Part shown: positions 1 through 8,835 of the stretch, piece after piece | Position numbering within the stretch: position 1 is the first letter of the stretch | How the letters are laid out: each line of letters opens with the position of its first letter | IMG/VR virus record: IMGVR_UViG_3300032320_002277 | Coordinates: 1 to 42,236 of that record | DNA: 42,236 nt | DNA from: a virus | Lineage: Duplodnaviria; Caudoviricetes | Strand: one strand, 5' to 3' | Translations under genes and position numbers: made by a program | The notes under the pieces: model-generated | Told to the model about the DNA's origin: nothing | Databases searched by the model: none | What the model saw: the letters and a program-made list of their open reading frames with translations, nothing else

Positions 1-356
1 GCATCCACAAACTTATAAAAATATAAAAAATAATCGTTAGGATTATAATGTTCTATTATATCCGAGAAATCCTCACGGAGGCATTTTATCGTTCCTGCTT
101 CGATGGCGAAATATCGGAATTCACCATTTCGATCATGATTCGCCGCCAATCCGACCGGACCTTGCATTTGATACGTGTCATATATCTCGGTGAGTTTTGT
201 CCGTCTTAATATCGGGCGCATACAATCAATATAAAATTGATCATAATCGGCTGGCCGGAAATTAAACAGAGTTTTATACGATGTCTCTAACTCGGCTAAA
301 GATGGGGCAGTAGCTTCGAAAAATTTCGATAATTCTTTCGCAGATTCCTCGTCCAT
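1..356 (-). CDS. Hypothetical protein, partial (runs off the window edge)
   Basis: Manual translation from ATG at 356: MDEESAKELSKFFEATAPSLAELETSY..., open to position 1. Starts 4 nt after the stop of 361..996. Not in the ORF track. Confidence 0.75.
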   Translation of the reverse strand, partial: MDEESAKELSKFFEATAPSLAELETSYKTLFNFRPADYDQFYIDCMRPILRRTKLTEIYDTYQMQGPVGLAANHDRNGEFRYFAIEAGTIKCLREDFSDIIEHYNPNDYFLYFYKFVD

Positions 357-360
357 ATAA

Positions 361-996
361 TTAAAATCCAAACTGTTTCTTAATGTCATCAAGGGCTAGA
401 TCACCTTCAAATTCCATAGCGATCTTCTCTGCTATTCGGGCAGCAACATCATTCCTATCACTTTGATGAACAAGCCTACCTACCAAATTAACAAATTGGT
501 AATAGCTGATGATTCTTTCTAATCCCGTCAAATCTTCGCTCTTTCTTTCTCCGACAAAGGTGAAATGATGAGTGACTTGTTGGATTTGATTCTTAGACTC
601 TTGGATAGACTCCAGAGAAGAAGAATTAACATATATTGCTACTGTGAAAGGAGTTATACTACCCTCATCATCCGGAACATCGATATCAAAATATTTGATC
701 TTAGAACCGTCAAAAGTGGTTTTATTAGATAGAACAGAAACCCTTCCTTCCTCGATAGGTGCCAATTCTGGAATTTCGACATCATCGAAAGTTTCGGCGA
801 GATTGTTGTATGCTTCTCTTGCCATTTCAACATCTGTGTCGATATATTTCCCGACAGACAGTGACAAGGCATTAGTTCCACCCATAGGGGAGTTCAATAC
901 CAAATTATGGTCATACAATTCTTCATCTGGGATATCTTGGAATCCCAATGTGGCCTTTAGATTATCTCTGTATTTACGTTCGTCAAATATTAACAT
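361..996 (-). CDS. Hypothetical acidic protein (211 aa)
   Basis: Long ORF, tightly packed in a minus-strand run; no recognisable motif. Confidence 0.8.
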   Translation of the reverse strand: MLIFDERKYRDNLKATLGFQDIPDEELYDHNLVLNSPMGGTNALSLSVGKYIDTDVEMAREAYNNLAETFDDVEIPELAPIEEGRVSVLSNKTTFDGSKIKYFDIDVPDDEGSITPFTVAIYVNSSSLESIQESKNQIQQVTHHFTFVGERKSEDLTGLERIISYYQFVNLVGRLVHQSDRNDVAARIAEKIAMEFEGDLALDDIKKQFGF

Positions 997-1000
997 ATGT

Positions 1001-1159
1001 TTATTTTAATTCTATCTCTTTGATCTGAATGGTTGATTTATCAACATAATCAACGCTTTCCAAATAAGCCATTAACTCTTCCTTATTCTCCGAGAGCATA
1101 CTTCTCATGTAGACCTGAGAATCCTCATATTTAAAAAATCCAATATAATATTTTTTCAT
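1001..1159 (-). CDS. Small hypothetical protein (52 aa)
   Basis: Manual translation MKKYYIGFFKYEDSQVYMRSMLSENKEELMAYLESVDYVDKSTIQIKEIELK*; fills the gap between neighbours. Confidence 0.65.
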   Translation of the reverse strand: MKKYYIGFFKYEDSQVYMRSMLSENKEELMAYLESVDYVDKSTIQIKEIELK

Positions 1160-1191
1160 TATGACTAATTTACCATAGAAAACATATTAAA

Positions 1192-2115
1192 TCAAGTATA
1201 AACAACTTTGTGAATATAGTTTAGCGTTTTAATTTTCTCTTCATGCGCCAAAGAACCGAAAATATCCATATAGTGTTCTACTATTACAGGATTTTGTTTT
1301 ATAAAATTCACAATTCTATGCATTCTTCCTATATCGGAGAAAATCAAATTTCTATCCACAGGATAATTTGATTTTTCAATAGTTGTTCGGCATTCTTCTG
1401 CAAAGATAGGAACAACTTTATAATTCAATGCCTCGTAGAACCGATTAGCTAGATGGTTATAATGTGTATGGGTGGTTACGTCCTCGATATATAAAGAACA
1501 ATGATACTTTTTAAGACCATCGTTGTTCCAATCTATTCTCGGTATGAACGATGCATTTATACCGTTTGCCCGAAATTTGTTCACGTTTTTGATATGAGAT
1601 GAGACAGTTAGGTTATCTGAGAAATATTTCTTAAAATATGGACACCTATCGCTTCTAAATGAACCATAATAAATCAAATCTTCGGTCTTTTCACTGATAT
1701 CACATTCTACGGGACTATAAATCAACGAATTGAGATTGGTAATTATCCAATCATCCGTGTATTTAGTGACAACTTTACTAGCCGCCGCTGGGTGGTTTGC
1801 TATAACTGTATATTTTCTATTAGCTCTTTTTGCCGCCATCCATAAAATTCTCGGTTCCCCTAGATTATATTCATTAGTTATATAGAATAGACGGGCATTT
1901 GGATTAGCTTCTAACCATGCATAGTCAACAAACGAATAGGCCGATGCATGATTAAAAATAATAACATCGTAACCAGACTGTATGTTGTCATTGACCCCCT
2001 CATATGAACAAATGAGATCGGCCCCTAATTTATTTGCTATCTGATGGGCATTAATCAAGTGAAGATTTTTGTTATCGAGTCGCCCTTTATGTGAATCTAT
2101 AATGAGTGCTTTCAT
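1192..2115 (-). CDS. GT-B glycosyltransferase resembling T4 DNA beta-glucosyltransferase
   Basis: DLIYYGSFRS ... SLYIED ... NRFYEAL ... PIFAEE parallels T4 BGT IYGGSFRS ... LIIGD ... LRVWETM ... MLIDEE. ATG at 2115 (MKALIIDSH) preferred over the TTG at 2136. Confidence 0.65.
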   Translation of the reverse strand: MKALIIDSHKGRLDNKNLHLINAHQIANKLGADLICSYEGVNDNIQSGYDVIIFNHASAYSFVDYAWLEANPNARLFYITNEYNLGEPRILWMAAKRANRKYTVIANHPAAASKVVTKYTDDWIITNLNSLIYSPVECDISEKTEDLIYYGSFRSDRCPYFKKYFSDNLTVSSHIKNVNKFRANGINASFIPRIDWNNDGLKKYHCSLYIEDVTTHTHYNHLANRFYEALNYKVVPIFAEECRTTIEKSNYPVDRNLIFSDIGRMHRIVNFIKQNPVIVEHYMDIFGSLAHEEKIKTLNYIHKVVYT

Positions 2116-2119
2116 ATTT

Positions 2120-2323
2120 CTAAATCTGAGTATCAAGTTTTATATCTTCGATAGGAACTTTTTCTAATTCTGCTTTAGATATAGATTTAAATGTATATGC
2201 ACCGCATCTTGGACAGATATGCTCTATATCCAAGCATAAAAACCCACAACAATTGCATAGTTTTTTCTCTGAGTTCTTAACTTGTTCGACCCAGTATTCG
2301 AATATTGATTGCATCGTGTCCAT
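2120..2323 (-). CDS. Small zinc-ribbon protein
   Basis: CNCC ... CPRC cysteine pairs; packed between the helicase and the GT. Confidence 0.65.
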   Translation of the reverse strand: MDTMQSIFEYWVEQVKNSEKKLCNCCGFLCLDIEHICPRCGAYTFKSISKAELEKVPIEDIKLDTQI

Positions 2324-2327
2324 ATTT

Positions 2328-3662
2328 TTAAATAATGAAAAGCATTTCTTTTGGTCGAGTTATTGCAGTATACAAAATCCGCCTTTTTTCGTCGGCACGA
2401 TGGTTTTTGTTTATGTCTTGGTAGACAATAAAGGCATTCTCATATGTGCTCCCCTGGGAATTATGAACGGTGATTGCATAGTTGTATTTCACTGCTGCGA
2501 ACTCTTCCATGAAACCATAATATTCCCGCCATTTCTTAATACGACCCTTAATATCCTTTTCTTTCTCTGCCGAATCTGCCAATTTCTTTAATTGACGGTC
2601 AAAATCTTTAACACTGTCCTCATGGATTATCCTGATTTCATCAGTAATTAAATCCCCTTTTACTTGACATAGGTAAAATTTATAAAATTGTCCCCCTGCT
2701 TCTTTTTGGGACTCTTCGACTTCTAAGACGACCAAATCCTCATTGGTTGTGAACATAACTTCGACATTATCACCATCATATTTTATCGGACGATCCACTA
2801 TGAGTTTTTCACCCTTAACAATTTTCGGGGCATTCCCATATTTCATCTTACGGATGGTTTTGTTAAAAATATCAACTGTGGCATTAGTCCATGCCAATAC
2901 TTTACAATAGTCTGTATTATTGTCAAATTTTTCACTACAGAAATAAAGGTGGAGCAGTTTTTTCAAAATAGTATTATCAGAATTGAGAGTCACAACCCCA
3001 GTTTTTTCAACCATTTGTTTCTGCCCTGGCTCATATGCAAAATCGTTCTTGAGAACTTTTTGAGAAACTTGAATAATAGGGTTTCCTTCTGCCTGACGAA
3101 CAACTTTGGTCAATTTGAAATGACCTATATTATATTCTTTTCTTTTCTCTTCGAGCATCGGAATAGAATGAAGGTGATTGATCGGATTGATCTGATTACT
3201 GTCACCTACGAATAAAACTTTAACACCTCGAAAGTTCTGCTCATCTAATTCCTTGAACAGTTCATCTGCAATCATGGATGCCTCATCTACAACGATCAAA
3301 TCATAAAATGCCAACTTACAGACCGAACGAGGATCACGTTTGAAAATCTCTTTACCATTACTGGTGATGTTGTGCTTCAATCCAAGAAGCGAATGGAGAG
3401 AGGTAAAATCTACTTTCTCATGTTCTTCAGTTGTAAACATACGCTTTACAACTCGAACCGCTTTATTCGTCGGGGCCGATACCGCAATCTTACCGAACAA
3501 CGCATTATCTAACACATATCGTATGATATGTGCGGTTATCGTGCTCTTACCCGTTCCTGCGGCACCCTCTAATAGGGTATATGTATTTGACCCCTTTTCA
3601 ATAAAATTTATGATATTATCATAGGCATATTGTTGGTCTTCTGTAAAAATTAAATCGGCCAT
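2328..3662 (-). CDS. dda: Dda/RecD-like SF1B DNA helicase
   Basis: Walker A GAAGTGKS, SAPTNKA, Walker B VVDEASM, VGDSNQ, RQ, TVHNSQGSTY, YTAITR. Confidence 0.92.
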   Translation of the reverse strand: MADLIFTEDQQYAYDNIINFIEKGSNTYTLLEGAAGTGKSTITAHIIRYVLDNALFGKIAVSAPTNKAVRVVKRMFTTEEHEKVDFTSLHSLLGLKHNITSNGKEIFKRDPRSVCKLAFYDLIVVDEASMIADELFKELDEQNFRGVKVLFVGDSNQINPINHLHSIPMLEEKRKEYNIGHFKLTKVVRQAEGNPIIQVSQKVLKNDFAYEPGQKQMVEKTGVVTLNSDNTILKKLLHLYFCSEKFDNNTDYCKVLAWTNATVDIFNKTIRKMKYGNAPKIVKGEKLIVDRPIKYDGDNVEVMFTTNEDLVVLEVEESQKEAGGQFYKFYLCQVKGDLITDEIRIIHEDSVKDFDRQLKKLADSAEKEKDIKGRIKKWREYYGFMEEFAAVKYNYAITVHNSQGSTYENAFIVYQDINKNHRADEKRRILYTAITRPKEMLFII

Positions 3663-3668
3663 CGTATC

Positions 3669-3697
3669 AATATAGCATATGTAAAGAACAAAATCTA
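3669..3697 (-). promoter_or_regulatory. Sigma70-type promoter for the helicase operon (leaderless)
   Basis: TAGATT-17 bp-TATATT with extended TGn; -10 ends 6 nt before the ATG at 3662. Confidence 0.55.
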
Positions 3698-3720
3698 CAT
3701 CTAAATATGTAAATATTCAT

Positions 3721-4431
3721 ATGACTCCGAAATTTGATCAATATATTAACAGCATCCTTTTAAGGGAATCTCCAGACAATGTCACTTACGATTCGAAATA
3801 TCATTCTTATTATAAAGGCGAATACACGGGACTGATCCCTTCCACTAACATGAGTGTGTTCTTGTTATATGATGATTCGGCTATTTCCCAAAGGTTAAGA
3901 GATGAAGGTGGAGATTCACCAGGGCACGGTTCTTTCATCAGTAGATTGAGAAGAACTAGTGATGAATCCTTGAAAGACTTGGCTAAAAACATGAAGACTA
4001 ATGGGAATCTCAAAGAATTCGTTGGTAGACAAGGCGACCATGTAACATATCTGAAATTCAGAATATGGCAAAATCTAGATATTATAAGTTATTGGGGGTT
4101 TCCTTTAAAAGAAGAATTCAATGCGACACTAGAGTCTATCAAATCGTTAGGACGCGATCCATCACAAATGCTATACGATTTTAACGTGGATGGTAGAGGT
4201 ATTCCAGATGGTTTTGAACAGGCTCAAAAGATTCAGAAAAAAGAATACGACACAGTGTTATATGATTTCGAGACGACAAACCGAATAATCAACGGTGTTT
4301 CTGAAGAAGAAGAGGCAAAACATAAAGAAGAAGCCGAAAGAAAAAGACGCGAACAAGCAGAACTTGAAAAACAAGTCAAACTTAGAGCACTAGGATTTTC
4401 CGGCCCTACCAAAAAGCCTTGGCAGATGTAA
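3721..4431 (+). CDS. Hypothetical late protein, probably virion-internal
   Basis: TAAATA at 3710-3715 just before the ATG; N-terminus MTPKFDQYINSILLRES matches the shared late-gene motif; coiled-coil-like C-terminus. Confidence 0.75.
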   Translation: MTPKFDQYINSILLRESPDNVTYDSKYHSYYKGEYTGLIPSTNMSVFLLYDDSAISQRLRDEGGDSPGHGSFISRLRRTSDESLKDLAKNMKTNGNLKEFVGRQGDHVTYLKFRIWQNLDIISYWGFPLKEEFNATLESIKSLGRDPSQMLYDFNVDGRGIPDGFEQAQKIQKKEYDTVLYDFETTNRIINGVSEEEEAKHKEEAERKRREQAELEKQVKLRALGFSGPTKKPWQM

Positions 4432-5274
4432 TCACCAGAAAACGTTAGTATCTGAATTATCCCAATTATCTAAACATTTACGTATAGATAAGCTAACTTC
4501 GTCCATCACAAAACCCTCATGTAATATTTTATAACTTGAGAGAGTGGTGTTTGCTCGCAGATTGAATATCGGGTCATTACGATCTAATACAGTCCAAGGT
4601 TCGGAGATCAAATTGTATTCTTGGAGGATCAGTTTAATTCCATGAGCACTGATTTTCCCTGGATTTACAACATTGTATATCCCAAACGGATGTTTCTGTT
4701 GAGATAATTCAACTGCAATCAGTGCAAAATCGTTAAGATTGGTGATGGAATTAAGCTGATCTCCAACTTTATTAAATTTCATCATCTTCGAAATGAAATT
4801 TTTTGGATGATCTATAAAATCGAATGGAAGCCTGAGACGACAGATGTAAATATTATCATATGTCGATACGATTTTTTCTGCTTCTATTTTGGTTCTGTTG
4901 TACACAGATTCTTCAAAAAAAGGAGTCACCGATTCATCCCAACTATTATCTCCATCGAAAACACAACCAGTAGATATATGTGTTAGGGTAATTTTGTATT
5001 TTTTACATATCTCTACGATATTCCATACACAATAGACGTTTGCATCTTCGGTCTTACCGACATTTACCTCGCAGTCATCAATCGACTTTTCCCCCACATA
5101 GGCCGAACAGTTGATTATCTTTTTTATACCCTTTGTTCGACAGACATAATCCAATTTTTCAATGTTCCCTATGTTAAATCTCAATGAGAAAGTAATGAAG
5201 GGAATACCTTGGAAATCCAGATATTGGCAAATTTTAGAACCGACATATCCTGAAGAACCAAGGACCAAGACCAT
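4432..5274 (-). CDS. RmlD-like NAD(P)-dependent NDP-sugar reductase/epimerase (extended SDR)
   Basis: VLGSSGYVG Rossmann motif, INCSAY, HISTGCVFDG, YNRTK (YxxxK), RLRLPF, GIYNVVNPG. Confidence 0.85.
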   Translation of the reverse strand: MVLVLGSSGYVGSKICQYLDFQGIPFITFSLRFNIGNIEKLDYVCRTKGIKKIINCSAYVGEKSIDDCEVNVGKTEDANVYCVWNIVEICKKYKITLTHISTGCVFDGDNSWDESVTPFFEESVYNRTKIEAEKIVSTYDNIYICRLRLPFDFIDHPKNFISKMMKFNKVGDQLNSITNLNDFALIAVELSQQKHPFGIYNVVNPGKISAHGIKLILQEYNLISEPWTVLDRNDPIFNLRANTTLSSYKILHEGFVMDEVSLSIRKCLDNWDNSDTNVFW

Positions 5275-5283
5275 ATAGGATAT

Positions 5284-6057
5284 TTATCCATATCGTGTCT
5301 CATAATTGAAAAAATTTGCCAGTGCTTCGTAAATTGAGAACAAATCACAGCTATAAAAACTAGCATTGTATATAGAATTTATTTCTAAAAGATGCAAACT
5401 GTCATCTTTCTGGTTCCGACAAATATCAATGACAAAATTCGGAATAGCAAAATATGAATCTGTCGAAATAGTATTAGCCAAATCGATCACATCTTTAGAA
5501 CATGGGAAATCTACACGTTCTCCCTCTTTCAAATAACCACATGCCGACACTAATTGTCTATTCACAAAAATGCACCGATATTCTTCGGATATGAGTTTAG
5601 GTTGTGCATATAGACATAGATCGAATTTCGAAACATTTCTATTGACAGTTGTGAAGATATATTCAGTATTGAAATGATCTTTGTTTGTAAAGAGTTGACC
5701 AGAAAATGATTTGTTACCAGAACAAGGACGTATGAATTTCGGAAAATCTAAATTCAAACAGCTTTCGAAGTCCAGAATGTTATACTTTTTATTAATGTAG
5801 AACCTTTTGAGTTCAGGAACCCATCTCGTGCAATTGTAGAACCATGAATGTTCATTAAAATTGAAATAACGACGAAGGACGGCACCGACAGCGAAAGAAC
5901 CACGATAGAAACAGATGTTCTTATCTGCATGTTTTTCGATATCTAGTATGCTATCGACTTCCACCACATTGAAAAATTTCGATGCAATTATAGACGAATT
6001 TCTAGTAATTTTTTCATCTTCACTAAAGACATCGTTTTCAATTAGTATAGTGTTCAT
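5284..6057 (-). CDS. ATP-grasp protein (R2K/DUF4343-like)
   Basis: FIRPCSGNKSFSGQ, EEYRC, FVIDI, LLEINS...FY. Start at 6057 (MNTILIEND) avoids overlap with the upstream gene. Confidence 0.75.
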   Translation of the reverse strand: MNTILIENDVFSEDEKITRNSSIIASKFFNVVEVDSILDIEKHADKNICFYRGSFAVGAVLRRYFNFNEHSWFYNCTRWVPELKRFYINKKYNILDFESCLNLDFPKFIRPCSGNKSFSGQLFTNKDHFNTEYIFTTVNRNVSKFDLCLYAQPKLISEEYRCIFVNRQLVSACGYLKEGERVDFPCSKDVIDLANTISTDSYFAIPNFVIDICRNQKDDSLHLLEINSIYNASFYSCDLFSIYEALANFFNYETRYG

Positions 6058-6061
6058 AATT

Positions 6062-6316
6062 TTAATACTTCCAATCAAAAAATGCCAAGTGGAATTTTCT
6101 ATCTCCATGTTGACTTGGCAACTCTTTTAACCATACTGCACACCAAGAACGATACACCTCACATTTAACAACAGTATATTCATTTCCAGGGATTATAGAA
6201 TCATGTGCATCTTCAACGATACTGATAAAGTGAGGATAAACAAGACTAGGCAATGTTTCTTTTGCCTTTAAAATATCGCCTTCTTTTGGAAAATTGTTAA
6301 GTAGAGGTAAATTCAT
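6062..6316 (-). CDS. Hypothetical protein (84 aa)
   Basis: ATGA-type overlap with the RNase H stop; in operon. Confidence 0.7.
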   Translation of the reverse strand: MNLPLLNNFPKEGDILKAKETLPSLVYPHFISIVEDAHDSIIPGNEYTVVKCEVYRSWCAVWLKELPSQHGDRKFHLAFFDWKY

Positions 6317-6738
6317 CGAATTATCGTTATTTTTGAATCTTTAGTTTGTTGATATGCCAATTTGTCAACATATTCATTAAACTGATTACCAGCATGTCCC
6401 TTAACCCATTTTAAGGTGATCTTCTCATCCATGAGAGGAATTATCTGATCCCAAAGATCGATATTTTTATTTCTCTTCCAGTTTTTTGTAAGAGTATTGA
6501 TGACATATTCAGAATCAGAATGAATAACAGCTTTTTCACCTTTATGGTTTTTATGAACAGCTTTTAATGCATTTAACATTGCCATCATCTCCATACGGTT
6601 ATTGGTGGTATTGATTTCTTTACCTGAATTTTCCGTGGTCTTAACGCCGAATTCATTAAGAATAACATATGCCCATCCGCCTATGTTCTCTTTTTTGTGA
6701 TTCTTATCACATGCACCATCTGTAAAAACTGTTATCAT
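6313..6738 (-). CDS. rnhA: Ribonuclease HI
   Basis: FTDGAC, TTNNRME, SDSEY, WVKGHAGN, NEYVDKLA carry the catalytic D-E-D-D residues. Confidence 0.95.
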   Translation of the reverse strand: MITVFTDGACDKNHKKENIGGWAYVILNEFGVKTTENSGKEINTTNNRMEMMAMLNALKAVHKNHKGEKAVIHSDSEYVINTLTKNWKRNKNIDLWDQIIPLMDEKITLKWVKGHAGNQFNEYVDKLAYQQTKDSKITIIR

Positions 6739-6755
6739 GATCTTATATTAAATGA

Positions 6756-6784
6756 AATATACATCATGATCTATCATCTGTCAA
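6756..6784 (-). promoter_or_regulatory. Sigma70-type promoter for the rnhA operon
   Basis: TTGACA (6784-6779)-17 bp-TATATT (6761-6756). Confidence 0.7.
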
Positions 6785-6787
6785 TCT

Positions 6788-7399
6788 TTATTTTAAAACG
6801 AAGCTTTTAATTTCTTTCATTTTCTCAACAGATATGGTTGTTAACAGGGATGGATCATTACCACCTTTTCCATTTCTACGGAAATAGAAAGCTCTTCTAA
6901 ACAAATCTGCCTGTTCGATATTATCAACAGTTCTAAATTTATCATTTGATAAATTACCCCATCTATCAACAGAAACTCCACCTGTTTTCTCAACCAAAGA
7001 TTTGATCTTTTCTCTCTCAATAATATAGAAAAGTTGTTTTACAGGATTATGAAATGCCATGTAATCGGCTTTACCATATATTGCACCTGGCATTCCCGAT
7101 CTACCAACCAATTCAATTGCATAAAATGTTCCATCTTTAGATAAAGGCTTAACTTCGAATGATTTATAACCACCAGCAGATAATTTAACAAAAAAATCCA
7201 CATGATCTTGAACTTCTTCTTTAGAACTTGCAAGACGAAAAACTACATTGTTTTTCTGTAAAAGAGATGAAAATGCAGTCTCGGTATAACTTCCTTTGGT
7301 TAAATCGGCCATTCTTCCTGCATCTACTCGTTGATCCCCAGTAAAAGGTGTCATTGCCTCCAAAATAGATTTAAAATAAGAATCGAATCCCTCTGTCAT
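6788..7399 (-). CDS. PD-(D/E)xK-like nuclease with late-gene N-terminal motif
   Basis: E...DHVDFFV...SFEVKP...IEL...GAIYGKADYMAF. Start at 7399 (MTEGFDSYFKSILEA) follows a minus-strand TAAATA at 7413-7408; the extension to 7537 overlaps the divergent gene. Confidence 0.65.
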   Translation of the reverse strand: MTEGFDSYFKSILEAMTPFTGDQRVDAGRMADLTKGSYTETAFSSLLQKNNVVFRLASSKEEVQDHVDFFVKLSAGGYKSFEVKPLSKDGTFYAIELVGRSGMPGAIYGKADYMAFHNPVKQLFYIIEREKIKSLVEKTGGVSVDRWGNLSNDKFRTVDNIEQADLFRRAFYFRRNGKGGNDPSLLTTISVEKMKEIKSFVLK

Positions 7400-7407
7400 A
7401 TTAAATC

Positions 7408-7423
7408 TATTTACTAATAAATA
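7408..7423. promoter_or_regulatory. Back-to-back T4-type late promoters
   Basis: TAAATA on - (7413-7408) and on + (7418-7423) within a 30-bp divergent intergenic gap. Confidence 0.6.
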
Positions 7424-7429
7424 TATAAA

Positions 7430-8476
7430 ATGATAATAAAGGAAGAGATACTGGATGCAAACGGAAGACCATATGTCGGTATGGTAGACAGTACTCAAGA
7501 AAAACCTGATATTTCCAGTGGATTCTGTATTCACCAACCACAGATTAAATCTTTTGCACTAGAAAATGATGTTAATATGGCAATTTTAATTTCATTTGTA
7601 TTCTTTTCCATACAAAAACAATGGACAGATGTTAAATTCAGTTTCGATGATTTCATTCGATGGGTTTTAGCCACCGATAAGAAAACCAAAACAAGTCCAA
7701 AAACAACGGATTGGAGATATGATTCATCGTCATCGTTCAGCATTATGATTAATAGAATTGGACCTGGTGCTCTTTATATCAAAGAATTATGGAAGAATAA
7801 AACCAAAACATATAATGATGTTATGGAAATTATTCATTCAAATAAAGGAAAAACCGCAGAAGATAAACTTAATACATCAATAAAAGTCTGGTATAGATTA
7901 CAGAGATTAACAGGTCTAGGTCCAACAAAAGCAGCATTTGCAGTTCAATTAATGTTAGGACAACTAGGATGTATAGATTCTATAAATTCTGTAGTATATC
8001 AATCATTAGCACCTGATAGTCTTTTTACGAAAAAAACAAATAAAGAAGGCGATCTGACTTTATCGATGAAGTCTGCAACAAAAGACCCAAAAACAAAAGA
8101 ATTCAATAATAAGGGAAAAAAGGTAGCAGAGGGATATTTACAATTTCTAAAATCACTAGAAGATGCAATTAAAATAGACATATCAAAAAATCTATGGGAT
8201 GTATGGTGTGACATCGTTGCATTTAAAATTCAACACTCAACTGCTAAAAGTGAAAGAAACCCAATAGGGATCATATTACCAGATAAATCTATTGCAGATA
8301 CAATGCCATACGGTAAAAGTATAAAAAACGAAAAGCAAATCGAAAAATACAAAGAGATGCTCGGAATCCCAACAGGATTAGATGTAAGCAGGGATCATGC
8401 CGAATTAATAGCAGGTGTTAGGGACAGAATAGGAGAAAGCTTCAAACAGTTTTTCCAAAGGAATTATTCGGCGTAA
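7430..8476 (+). CDS. Helix-hairpin-helix DNA glycosylase-like protein
   Basis: LTGLGPTKAAFAVQL...GCIDS fits an HhH hairpin with Lys followed by a downstream Asp, as in the HhH-GPD superfamily. Confidence 0.55.
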   Translation: MIIKEEILDANGRPYVGMVDSTQEKPDISSGFCIHQPQIKSFALENDVNMAILISFVFFSIQKQWTDVKFSFDDFIRWVLATDKKTKTSPKTTDWRYDSSSSFSIMINRIGPGALYIKELWKNKTKTYNDVMEIIHSNKGKTAEDKLNTSIKVWYRLQRLTGLGPTKAAFAVQLMLGQLGCIDSINSVVYQSLAPDSLFTKKTNKEGDLTLSMKSATKDPKTKEFNNKGKKVAEGYLQFLKSLEDAIKIDISKNLWDVWCDIVAFKIQHSTAKSERNPIGIILPDKSIADTMPYGKSIKNEKQIEKYKEMLGIPTGLDVSRDHAELIAGVRDRIGESFKQFFQRNYSA

Positions 8477-8479
8477 TAT

Positions 8480-8497
8480 TATAGTAAATTTACTATA
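8480..8497. repeat. Perfect 18-bp palindrome in an AT-rich tract
   Basis: TATAGTAAATTTACTATA is its own reverse complement; 8474-8520 is almost all A/T. Confidence 0.9.
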
Positions 8498-8520
8498 TTT
8501 TATTAAATTAATATTGATAT

Positions 8521-8780
8521 TTCTGAGCGCGTTGGTGAGAGGTTTCTTAATCCGTCAAATACCCCCGTACCCCCAGACCTATTTATTTTAATAGTGGAAG
8601 TACATGAATATTGACTGGAAAAGAAACTCTCACCATCATGCATTTTTATTGCGCGTTAGGAGCCGAGTATATCTTACAATTTCTTGATACGCCTCAGAAC
8701 GATCAACTGAGAAAGAAACTGCTATCCGCCCTATGGTCCCCCCGTAAAAGTCCCATAGCGTTTTTGATATTTGTTGTATC
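8521..8780 (-). ncRNA. Putative structured non-coding RNA or replication primer transcript (~260 nt)
   Basis: Nested helices 8521-8532/8689-8699, 8533-8548/8621-8635, 8567-8575/8595-8603 (complete only with G.U pairs on the minus strand) and 8731-8736/8753-8758. Dedicated minus-strand promoter at 8815-8787. Confidence 0.55.
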
Positions 8781-8786
8781 GCAGAC

Positions 8787-8815
8787 AATTTATCGCATAT
8801 AGCTCACTATGTCAA
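8787..8815 (-). promoter_or_regulatory. Sigma70-type promoter firing into the non-coding region
   Basis: TTGACA (8815-8810)-17 bp-TAAATT (8792-8787); the ORF track shows no minus-strand ORF in the region it transcribes. Confidence 0.65.
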
Positions 8816-8835
8816 GAAGAAAGATAAATAAACTT

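Noticed and set aside
8611-8802. 63-aa TTG-start ORF in the non-coding gap
   Set aside because: Weak start, no recognisable motif, and it lies across the predicted RNA helices and antisense to a clear promoter.
8477-8815. tRNA, tmRNA, CRISPR array or retron msr-msd in the gap
   Set aside because: No cloverleaf or T-loop motif, no repeat-spacer periodicity, and no reverse transcriptase in the window.
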